From: Spironucleus salmonicida
Taxonomy: Eukaryota
DNA: 64,000 nucleotides
Assembly (NCBI RefSeq): GCF_000497125.1
Contig: NC_090596.1
Location: 620,001-684,000 of the forward strand
Reading direction: 5' to 3'
The notes beneath the pieces were generated by a model, which worked only from the letters and a program-made list of their open reading frames with translations, did no database searches and was not told the origin of the DNA. The position numbers and the translations under genes were made by a program. Shown one piece after another: positions 53,284 through 64,000 of this stretch. The first letter of the stretch is position 1; the number at the start of each line of letters is the position of its first letter.

Positions 53284-55080
53284 TCACTTTACAATTATTA
53301 AATTTTTAGACTCTAATACTACCATATTTTTTTTGAAGTATTCTTTTATGTCTGTATCACTAATACCCTTAATAGTTAAATAATTTCTATAAACCCCAGA
53401 ATATGTAAAAAAGTCTGTTTTTTCATAATATACAAGTTTCTTTTAATAACCAAGAAAATTACTACTCCATGGATCTAGTTCTTCGATATATTCTCCAAAC
53501 ATTAAATCATATGCATTATATCCTACACAATAACTGGCATAATGCCCATTTATTGGCTTATAACATATTTCATCTAGCTTTTCGTCATTACAAATATATC
53601 TGGTATCTTCAATTATTAAGACTCCATCAAGGCTATATGACTATATAACTAGATCTTAGTATCTAAATTTGATTAATTCAATTTATTATTCTGTACAAAC
53701 ACAAATGTTACAATATTTTTCATTGTACTTATAAATCACACTATCTGGAATCCATAATTCTGGGATGATTAAAATAACTTATTTAATTATATATTTAACA
53801 GATTTATATATTATATAATTGTCTGCCCATTCTATATAGTTTCTTGTCTCACATAATTCTACTTTTTTCTTACTCTCTTCAAAAATTTCATACACTCGTG
53901 TTTTAGCATCTGGACAGTGTTTTAAAACCTCAAGTACAAAGTTATCTATATTCCCTTTATGAAAACAAACTAGAGGTGTCACATGATTAATTGAATTGTT
54001 AATGTCCTCATCACTAGTGATTTTTCCATTTGATGCGCCTATTAGTAATTACTTATGCTTTTCACTGTTTTTATATTTTATTACATTATATTTTCTTAAA
54101 ATTAAGTCATATATAACTTTCTTCTCGCTTATTAATCTTTGAGATAAATATTTTTAAAAATTAATATCTTTAGCAACAAAATGAACAGAAACCTTACCGG
54201 CTGTATTTAGCACCAGAGCATTTATAGGAAAAACATTCATTGATGTTCCAATTATTAGTATACTTTATGATCTCCGTAATATTGTTTCTAAATGCTATTT
54301 TTTAACTTATATTTCTTCTCCATATAGAACCATATTTGACTTTAATGCACAACCACAGAATTAACACATTGGAACTGCATTATCTAATAAAATACTTTAT
54401 AATAACTATTTATCGAATAAAACCGCATTTTCATTTATTTTTAAATCACTATCAAGCTAAAAAAATTGTCTGTTATGCGAATTCCGTAATAAATGTTAAT
54501 GAAAATTTGAAGTAAAAACTTAATTTTTAATAGATTCAATATCCGTATCTAAATTTCTTAGTTATATATTAAGCTAAAAACCGCTACACATTGAATTTGG
54601 ACAGACTAAATTATTAAAAAACTCACCATGTGCGGGGATATGACGATTTTTTAAATGATTTGTAATACCAGAATAATATTCTAGGTTATCGATATTCTAT
54701 GATATTATTCTATCTATTCTATCTATTTCGCATAGATATGATAAGAAGCAGTGAGAAATTGATGGGATTATTAGTTTATCATGTGTAGAGCTATCAAATT
54801 TCGATAAAACTCTATAATGCACTCTTGGATCATTTAATAAACATTTAACACTAAATGCATACTGCAAAAATGAATCAATTTCCGTAGATTTTTCTGGCCA
54901 TGATTCATACTCAACCTGCATTTTTTAAAAGATAGAATTTGTTGAACGAAACGCTGAAAGACCAGAAGAAACAGATATACCCGCTCCTAAAATTGCTGAG
55001 AAAGTAATTTCTGGATTCATTAAATGATTTAGAAAAATTTTTATTCTTGGAAATTGAGACATGTTCGAAATGAAAATCAT
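53284..55080 (-). CDS. Sir2-family NAD-dependent deacylase with long C-terminal extension (598 aa)
   Basis: Contains GAGISVSSGLSAFRS, ISQNIDNLE, AHG and Cys pairs. Ends AAG TGA. Confidence 0.88.
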
Positions 55081-56505
55081 ATAACATATAATTCATATAT
55101 TATTCCGTTTAGTCAAAATTAACTGAGTAATAATGTTAGGTTTTAATTTGTTTACTAAGTAATCCCTATAAAATATAAAATAAAATAAATATATAGTAAG
55201 ATATGACGATGATGAACTTTCTGTCGCAAAAATACGATAGTTGTTAATTATTTTGTACATTTCAAGAGCAAATACGATATGTATTGTATCTCAAAATTAA
55301 CAATACGATTTAGTTATAACTACGTCAATAGGAATCTAAATAGTAAAATAATATAGCTTTTATTATTATATAAGTAACTAAATCATAGTAGTTATTAAAA
55401 AATAAAAAATCAAGATACTAAATATATAATTTAATAGATAACTTAAATCGACTTATTATAATATTTATCATAATAATCTAAACTCTCTATTTATTAATTT
55501 TTTTAATAAAATGCAAACTAACTAAACTAATAGGGAGACCAAGCCTACAGCTAATGGATATTTGTAACAAATTTTGTTTCATATATTTATATAAATTTAA
55601 AACTCAGTTAACAAGCAAATATAGACTCATTTATAATAATGGAATATTATCTCATTAATATATTACTAATAGTTTTATAAAAAACCAGTTACAGCCAAAT
55701 AATTTAGTAAGTGTACGCAAAAGTTTTATTTCCTATTTTAAATACTATTTATTTTAAGTATAATATCAAAATAAATAATAAGTATTTAGTTTTAATTGAA
55801 AATATGGATAATAATTTTAAAATAAAAACTCATGAATAACGAAAAGATTAAACTCATATTTAATTAAACCACCTAATATACTTTATTTTCAAGCCAATCA
55901 AATAATTTAACTATCAACAGAGTAAAAGTTAACAATAGAAATTAACATATAAATATTTTACAGAATTTTAATATTATCAGCATATTATGAAATATATACT
56001 ATAAATAAGTTCAATATTATACATACACTTTTATATCAATGACTTAATTGATAGATTTATGCAAAAATTATTTTAACTTAGCGTTAGTTGATAACAAGCT
56101 AATCGGATAAACATAACCATAGTAACATCGTTAATATTTCATACAGTATGAGACATCATAATAAATTAGAGAATGAATTTAATTTAAAATAAAAATATTA
56201 AAAATTATTTTTTATATTATTATATTAACATGTTTAACGTATAACTAGTTGTTTGATATTACTTACATGATTTTAGTTATATTAACGATTACAATTTTTA
56301 GTAATATCTGATCATATTAGTGATCATTAGAGAATTTTTATTTATATGTAACTCAAAATATTTTTTATATAACATGGTTTATAATACCACAAACGCTAAT
56401 AATAATATATTTAAGTATTTATATAATTATAAATTATTTAAGTCTTAAAAAATAATATAACTCCAATATTATATATACAAGGATTTCCTAGATTTCTCTT
56501 CTAAA

Positions 56506-57066
56506 ATGGATGTAAATTAGTAAATTTTATAGTAATATAGAATCTATCAGAAGTTTGAATATCCACCACCTATTAAAATAGATATTCCATAATAACTCGA
56601 TGAGGATCATATATACTTCAATCCTCAGACGTCTACGGATTTAGAACTTTACTTGTATCAGATATTCCTTAAAGCATAAGCCGAGTAGAACTAAAAATTA
56701 GAAGATATGAAATAGATTAAATAATTATTATAGTAAGTAGAAGAAATAGAATAAGAAGAATCCTCATCGTCATCTAAATAAAGTTAAATCTCGTAAGAAT
56801 TAAATTTATCAAATGAATTACATAATTCATTTTCAAATACCAAGTCTCTAGTAGATAAAGAAACCGTTATATTTGAGGATATAATAACATTATACCAGAA
56901 TTTTAGAGACAGATATATAATTGAGAAATCTCAATTAAAATAAACGATAATACTCTGGATTTAAATTATACACAAACTAGTTGAGTACGCTACGGTTACA
57001 AAAATATTTACTGATTTCGATAGAATTCAATGCTTGAAAGAGATAGAAATGATAATTTTTAAGTGA
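56506..57066 (+). CDS. hypothetical Gln/Glu-rich protein (186 aa)
   Basis: MDVNQQILQQYRIYQKFEYPPPIK..., ending AAG TGA in frame. Confidence 0.65.
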
Positions 57067-57164
57067 TATTCTCTTTCTGTTTCTACAATCTACCTTTAAC
57101 ACCTTTAACTGAGATTTTTAATTCTTTTCATCAATTCTATTATCTAAAATAAATTTCTCTTATT

Positions 57165-57237
57165 ACCTTTATGGTGTAGTGGTTAGCACATAGCATTTAC
57201 GTTGCTCAGGTCCTGGGTTCAATCCCCAGTAAAGGTA
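57165..57237 (+). tRNA. tRNA-Val(TAC)
   Basis: Cloverleaf with acceptor ACCTTTA/TAAAGGT, D arm GTGT-AGTGGTTA-GCAC, anticodon loop TTTACGT and T arm CTGGG-TTCAATC-CCCAG, followed by a T run. Confidence 0.92.
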
Positions 57238-57296
57238 TTTTATACACATGGATTATTAAACTTATTTTTATACAGTATAATGATAATTTTCAAAAA

Positions 57297-58346
57297 ATGC
57301 CAGAGTTCGAAGAAACCATGAAAAACGCCACAACCGAGCTGCAACACAAGAAGTACCTCCTAGCGAAGCTGAAAAAGTCTTAATCGTACTACTAGGCATA
57401 AATCATTGAAATCCACGAAAAAATAAAACTCTCAAACTACCAGTTTCAAGACGATAACGTCTACGACGCGGAAGACTTCACGAGCAATGATCAGGAACTG
57501 CTAAACTTCCAGATGCTAAACTCCTCCTTCTAGGGCCAGTTACAGGCCGCGAAAGCTAAGTTTTAGGCCCTAAAAACGGAAGTTTAGCAGGTTAAAAACT
57601 CCCCAAAAACGCAGGAAACGAAAGATTTGACTCCAGAAATCGACATTTTGAAGCAGAAAATCACCGACTTAACGTTACAGCAGCACACGCTCCAAACCGA
57701 AGGAAAAGACCTTCTACGACTCTTCAACATCGATCTAGACAGCATTTCCCAGCTAGAAAACGTTCATTTTTAGAAAGAAACGAAAAATCGAATTCAAAAT
57801 GAATTAAATTTTAAAAGTAGCATATCGCTCGAAAACGACAGAATAAGCGCCCTGAAAGAAACGAAGGCGAGCCTGTAGGCAGAAAAAGCTCAGATTTTGA
57901 CAGAAAAAACAGACAATTCTGAGCGAATTTCCACTGAAATCGAGATTTTACGCAGCCAAATCGAAGACGTGAAGACGCAGATTTCGGCCGCGCGGGAATC
58001 AGGAACTGCGGCGGCTGCGGAGCTCTCAGATACTCGGCATTAGCTCGAAGCGAAGGAGGCTGCCGACGCCGAAATTGAAGTCAGGTTACTAGCGTTGGCA
58101 GCGAGAAACGCAGAGCTGGCGCGCGAAAATTAAGCCTCGGCGCGCGATTTGGAGCTAGGGAATTTTGAGATAGCGCGGCAGAACGATCGGCTTGAGGAGC
58201 GGCTCCGGAGCATGCCAAATCTGGGTGAAGAGCAGCTCCTCGCAGAGCTGGACAAATTTTTTACCGACGAACTGAATTCAGCACTTCGTGAAACGTTCGT
58301 AGGAGAGGAATTATTATTATTATATAATAATTAGTAAAAAGTTTGA
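57297..58346 (+). CDS. coiled-coil hypothetical protein (349 aa)
   Basis: MPEFEETMKNATTELQHKK... is in frame with track ORF 58149 and TGA 58344-58346. Confidence 0.72.
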
Positions 58347-58460
58347 TACGGTAGAATTTTGATAAAATTCTTATAATAAGAATAATTCAAATTTATCTGT
58401 GATTATTTTATAATTGTATATAATAATTATATAAATGTTTAGTTTCTCTCCCTTACATCT

Positions 58461-61400
58461 TCACTCCTTTCCCAGCTTGCTCGGCGGCCTCGGCACGCCA
58501 GGTGGCAGCGCTGAACGGTCCCGATCGCTCTTCTCGCCCACAGGGTAGTTTTTGTCCAAAAAGCTGTCCAGCGCGACGTCTTGGAAATCCTCCTCGCTCC
58601 CACTCACAACATCGCTCACCTCTCCACACTGCTCATCCAAAATCATCGTGAGCGCGTCCCCGAACATCTGGTCCTCCAGAATGTTCATGTCCTTCTTTTT
58701 CTTCATTAACCCCAATTTTGCAGCGCGAAGCTTCTGCTGCAGCACCTTGTTCTCACGCCGCATCAGGTTGCTGAAGCTGAGCAGCGTGGAGCTCTGCGTA
58801 CGCGCTTGCTCGATCGCCTGGTTCAGCTGCTCGCGGCGCCGGTCCAGCGACTTCTGGAGCGTCGCTACAGACTTTTCGAGGTACTCGCGCTGCCGTGCTA
58901 CACCAGTCTCCTGCGAGTTCCCGCCACCGCGTGGCTCGATCTGGCCCCGGCCGACGAGCGCGTTCAGGATCTCAGAATTGACGTCGACTTTGGCCTTCAG
59001 CTGCAACGCGAACTCGGGGTCAATGTGCTTGCCGTAGATGATCTTCAGCGCGTTGATGAAGTCCTTCGTGTCCTTGTCGGTCGTATTCTGCGGCTGAAGC
59101 GCCTCAACAGATTTTGCAAAATTTTGGTTGATTTTGATGCCCATTTTCTTGCAGTAGAGCTCCGAGAACTTGCTGAGGTCAAAAAGTAGGTCCTTCATGC
59201 CCTGCTCGTTGCGCACGATGTGAGCCGAAATCTGTTCGTTTTCCGCTTTAAACGACTGCTTGCGGAGCGTCAAATCGTTGATCACGAGCTCGGCCTGCTT
59301 CTGCTTCAGCGCATCCTTGAGGAGCTCCTGATCCATGTCCGCGATCTGCGTCTGCAGGTCGCTGATCTGGTCGTCGCGCGGCGCTACGCACTGCTTCAGG
59401 TCCCCAACCCGCTAGTTAAGCAGCTGCTTCAGCTTCTCCAGGTCCTGCTTCTCGCCGCTCATCTGGAAAATCGTCGATTTCTTGCTGATTTCGGCGTTTT
59501 CGCGGTCGAAAATGTCGTTCTGAATGCGGTCTTTCTGGTCGATTTGGAACTGGTAATTCTTGCCGATCTCGAGGCCCGCGTTCTGGCAGCTGATGAGCTG
59601 GTGCTTCGCGTCGCCAAACTGCTGCAGGAGCGCGTTGTATGTTTTCTCCATTTTCTTGTGCTCCGTGCGCAGATTTTGGACCTGGAAAGACTCGTTTTGG
59701 ATCGATTTTTCGACGTTTTTGCGCAGATTCGTTATATCAGTTTCAAGCGCATTTTGGGCGCTGTTGAGATTGTTTGCCGAAATCTGCTGCAAATTCGCCT
59801 GATCTGCTACAAGAGATTGGTACTGGGCGCTCAAATTCTGGACTTGAATTCCCGTGTTTTCGATTTCGATTTATGCTAAATTCTTCGTTTCAAGTATATA
59901 ATTTTTTTCAATTTAATTTTGATTTTCCACTCCTTAAAGTCGTTTTTTCTGTAAGCTATCTCGCTCGCTTTTGAGCCTACTGATCTGCTCGTCGTACGAA
60001 TTTTCGAGCTGCGACTGCAGGGAGCTCAGTTTCGCGCCGTGCTCCTGGCTCATCAATTAGCTCTGCAGGGTGAGCTCGTTGAGCTTATTTTTGCTCTCAA
60101 AAATCTGCTTCAGAGCGTCTTTTTTGCCGTTTTGGAAGTCCGAAAAATGGCGCAGAATCTGCTAATCACACTCCTTTTTCACTCCTTCCATCGATTTTTA
60201 CCCTTCCTTTTTCAGCATAAATAACTTCTGCAAAAGCTCGAAAAGGAGCAAATCCAGCGACTATTAGAGCAAACTAGACCGGATTACCTGCGTCTGAGCG
60301 ATTATCGCCTTCGGAACCGGTTTTTGGATCAAGTTTGTGGAATTAAACTTTATATGCGATATAATAATCTGATTATCTTCAGAAACCGTAATTAAGATAG
60401 TTTCTCGAAGCAATTTCATGAATTTGATATTCGAATTATGAATTTAAAACGCCGAATTTTGATCTGACTGCAAAATCGAGAAAATCTGCAAATAGCCCTT
60501 ATCGCCGCACATAATAACATGATCTTTGCTGTGGTTCTTAATTACGTTATTTTGCATCATTGCCTCGATCAAGCAGTCAGAGGTCGTGCCGTTGTTCTGC
60601 TGCATCCGTTACCACTCCAAAATTTGCAACTGGGATGGTAAAAGGAGCGATTGTGTCTATTTTGAATTGAAATTCAAGTTTCCGCTCTACAAAATGTTCA
60701 AAATCGAAGACTCGATATTCAAAATCTGAACCGCGCCGTCGTTGAAAGTCGTCAAAAGAAGCAAATACTCGATTTTGAGGCCTGAATTTATGGCATTTTG
60801 ACGCTGAACTTTCAAGTTTTCGGTCAAATTTTCGGATTTCAAAATTGAAAAATGAACGGCAAATTTTTGCGAATTTGGGAGTGAAAATTTGAATTCAATT
60901 TGATTTTTCAAAGTGTTGAAAACAGCGATATCGCCATCGCTGAACGAAATGACAGCCAAACCAGAATTTTCAGAAATTTCAAAATGCGTCGGCTGCGCTG
61001 CCGGGTTTAGCATATTCAAGTTGTTTCGCATACTCAATTATGCTTTTTCCGAAAATAAATTCCCATAAACTTGATTGACGAAAGTCAGCCGCTGCTTTAA
61101 TTCGATTTTGGCTACATTTTTGAACTCGTAAAACGTGAAAGTGAGCAGGAAATTAGCTGTCAAAACGTAGAAGAAGTTGCCCGTTTCATCTGTCTGAATC
61201 TGCAAAATTTTCTCTGAAATTTCGATCACAGACGCCACTTCCACGTCTTATTGCACTATGTGTAGTACTATTATACATTCTGTGAACGTTTTGAATTGTG
61301 GTTCATTGCAAGAAACTGAGGCCAAAATGTGGACGCCCGTCGGGTGAAGTTTCAAGTTTGTGATTTCGTACGTCCTTTTAGAGAAGTCAAACTCGTCTGG

Positions 61401-63293
61401 GAGGTCGATTTTGGGCTAATTTGGCTCGATCAGGATCGACTGCTCGTCGTTCAAAATGCTCGTCAGCTGCGTTCGCTGCGTCGTCATTGCGTCTAAAAAC
61501 GAGTGATTTGAGGTCCGCGCCACGTCCTCAGAATCGTCGATTTTATCCAAAATTTTGTTCCGTTCGGGCATTCTGAAGAGGAAATCCGCCACGCCGGCCT
61601 GCTTCACTATCGAGAAGATTTTGATTCTCCCGCTGTCGTCGCCGTAGCAGACGATTCCGGCCTCGTCAGAGACGTCCATTGCCGTTATTTTGTTCGTTGC
61701 GGGCGTCAGAAACTGTTTTCCGGTCTGGTAGCCCTAAAATTGAATATAGGGCTTAAACTGCTGCGAATTGACCAGAACCGAGTCAATTGTGCACAGAATC
61801 GAACTCGTAGCTTAAAGCCAGGCCGTAAACGGGCTTATAGACGAGCTAGAAAACAGAAATTCGGGCCAGGTACTCGGATCAGCGTAAAGAGCCGAATCCA
61901 GCGGATCCAGGTCCTCAGCGCCGACGATATTGACCTTATTCGAAAATTCCGTTTAATTCAACTGATATAACGCCTAATTTTGAATCCGCAAATTCCCGGG
62001 CGACCGGATTAGCTCCTTGAGCTTCGCGACCGAATCGAAGGCGCTCAAAACGGCCAAATTTTGACATTCCAGCCCGTTCGGCGCCGCCTGGACGCGGAGC
62101 GAATTTTTTATCAATTCGCTGATTTTCGAGGGCCGGAATCTGCTCGTTACGTAGCTCTGGCCGTTCTGCTGCTGCGCCAGGACGCTGAGCCGCTAATTCG
62201 CGTCCAGCGCGACGATCGGCGACTCGCCCGGCAGCAGGATGCTGAGCACCAGCGTCACCTCGCAGAGCGTAATGCTGAGCTGGTTGACCGTCTTGCAGGG
62301 CGCCGTTTGGCGCGGAATTGCGGACTCGATTTGGTCGTCCAATTTGTCGATTCTGAAGACCAAAATCCGGCCTTTGCTGGTGCCCAAAATGAGCACTTTC
62401 TGCTAAAGCGATAACAGTTTAACGATTTTCTCGTCTTTCGCGATAACGTTTTCGGGGTGATTTCTGATCAATTTGTAGGGCGGCTGGGTCTTCTGGGTGG
62501 TGCGAATGTGGCAGTGGTGGGATAATGCTACTTCGCTCGGGATAAAACTCACCAGGGACTCTTCTTTGAGCACTAGGATTTCGCTGACATCCGCTGCAAG
62601 CAGAAAGCTGTAATTTCCGTCTTAGAAAACGCAGTCGAATTTGTTGATTATCTTCTTAACGTTCATTGGGGACTGGATTCTGATCGAAGAGTCGGATACG
62701 TTCATCATTGTGTAAATTCCTGGTCCATAAATGCAGAACATATCTGACTTATACTTGTGAAAAGCTAGATTCGTAACTTCTCGTTAAACCTTGAAATTGT
62801 GTAAGCATTTAGGTTGTGAAATTGGTATTAAGTTCGTAGAGGGGTTTTAAAACCATTCGGTAACGGAAGGTGGGATTTACCAGGCGACCAGGAAATAATC
62901 AGGAGCACCTGTTTAAAAAACAACATACTTGCCATCAAGTGATACTGCTACTCCAATAGCATGTTTTGGTAAAGGTAATGAATCTTATACATATAAAACT
63001 GCAACTTTTTACAACGGCTTTAAAGAAAACAAGTGAGCCTTATACGATGAGGATTCATATTACATAATAGCTAAAAATCTTCTACCAGGGTCCATTCCTA
63101 TACATGCAATGTGTTTATAAGAGTCATCTAAATGAATAAATTTAGACAAATTTGATACATTATCATGAATTTACAAAAATTTACCTGCGAGCTGTATAGT
63201 AGTATTAGCATCATAACCAAAACGAATAGGAAAATCAACAGCTTTCGGATTATTTAAAGCAAACACTGGCTGAATGGTAGGCAACTTTGACAT
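58461..63293 (-). CDS. CFAP57: WD40 plus coiled-coil flagellar protein CFAP57 (WDR65)-like (about 1610 aa)
   Basis: N-terminal DPGRRFLAI and SLDGKYVVFQTGAPDYFLVAW. C-terminal QDLEKLKQLLNQRVGDLKQCVAPRDDQI..MDQEL and RQREYLEKSVATL match CFAP57 hallmarks. Confidence 0.85.
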
Positions 63294-63642
63294 TACTTGG
63301 AATGGAAAATTACTTATTTTAAAGATATAATAGGTATATTGTCCGCGATAAACATTTGGCAACGACGAGGGCATCCCGAGCCGCTGCGGCATACTAGGAA
63401 TGCTGAGCAAGCAGGCTTTCCACATTGGCTTGCCTTTCAGTCGTCTCCGGTCACCACCTCGCCCGCTGATGATGGTTGGCGGTACCAGCAGGACAGCATG
63501 GACGCCATTGACCCGCGTAGCCAGCCCTTCAGCTACGGGTGGCAGCTTGTATTAATCTAGATTCTTAGGAATCTTGAACCACAAATCTAGGATTATTATG
63601 CGTAGTGCAACAGAAGATTTGAGAACGTCCCTTCCTTTATCA

Positions 63643-64000
63643 ATGGAACGCGTCAAGCTCCTCGCCCGCGACATCCCAGACTTCCCTACTCCAGGGATCA
63701 TGTTCAAGGACTTCGGACCTGTATTCGCAGACTACGAGGCCTGCGCCTAGCTGCGTTCCGCGCTCTACGCCCAGGTCAAGCATCTGCCCATTACGAAGGT
63801 GCTGATCCTGGAGACGCGCGGCTACCTATTCGGCACTCTACTGGCATAGGACCTCAAGACCGGCGTGGTGCCTGTGCGCAAGGCCGGCAAGCTCCCCGGC
63901 GACACGCTGCAGATCACATACGACCTGGAGTACAAGAAGGGCGAAAAGTGCGAGATCCAGGCGGGGCTGCTCGGTCCCTCCGACATCATTCTCATCCACG
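63643..64000 (+). CDS. APRT: adenine phosphoribosyltransferase, truncated by window end
   Basis: Contains RDIPDFPTPGIMFKDF, LETRGYLFG, VPVRKAGKLPG and YDLEY. Confidence 0.95.

Noticed and set aside
57165-57237. Possible TAA-decoding tRNA-Gln(UUA), because the loop contains TTA
   Set aside because: The stem register places TAC at positions 34-36, and the variable/T arm resembles eukaryotic tRNA-Val(TAC).
63466-63495. CTGATGA followed by a hairpin, resembling a hammerhead ribozyme core
   Set aside because: The required GAAA after stem II is absent (the sequence there is GCAG).
1-64000. Apparent mass pseudogenisation (genes riddled with TAA/TAG)
   Set aside because: All fragments stay in one frame and are explained by TAR=Gln.

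Overview
This is gene-dense eukaryotic nuclear DNA from a hexamitid diplomonad (Spironucleus/Hexamita-like). It uses the non-canonical code TAA/TAG=Gln with TGA as the only stop, so the supplied standard-code ORF track breaks real genes into fragments. Re-read by hand in that code, the window holds about 35 mostly intronless CDS. These include kinesin-14, two long-chain acyl-CoA synthetases, a 1347-aa type I membrane protein, three near-identical histone H3 genes, MsrA, GAS8/DRC4, a gamma-tubulin complex component, an eIF2B-gamma-like protein, an LRR protein, an annexin, a BPI-like protein, Vps39-like and Vps18-like proteins, a sirtuin, CFAP57 and APRT, plus tRNA-Val(TAC). The most notable observations are a 43-nt spliceosomal intron in a small gene, a tiny Cpn10-like gene, a very divergent TBP-like gene, a triplicated H3 cassette with staggered boundaries, two candidate structured RNAs, a recurrent TTCCGCAAA start-proximal motif, and AGTGA fused to most stop codons. 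All translations and family calls were made by eye, and the long ORFs were not checked codon by codon.
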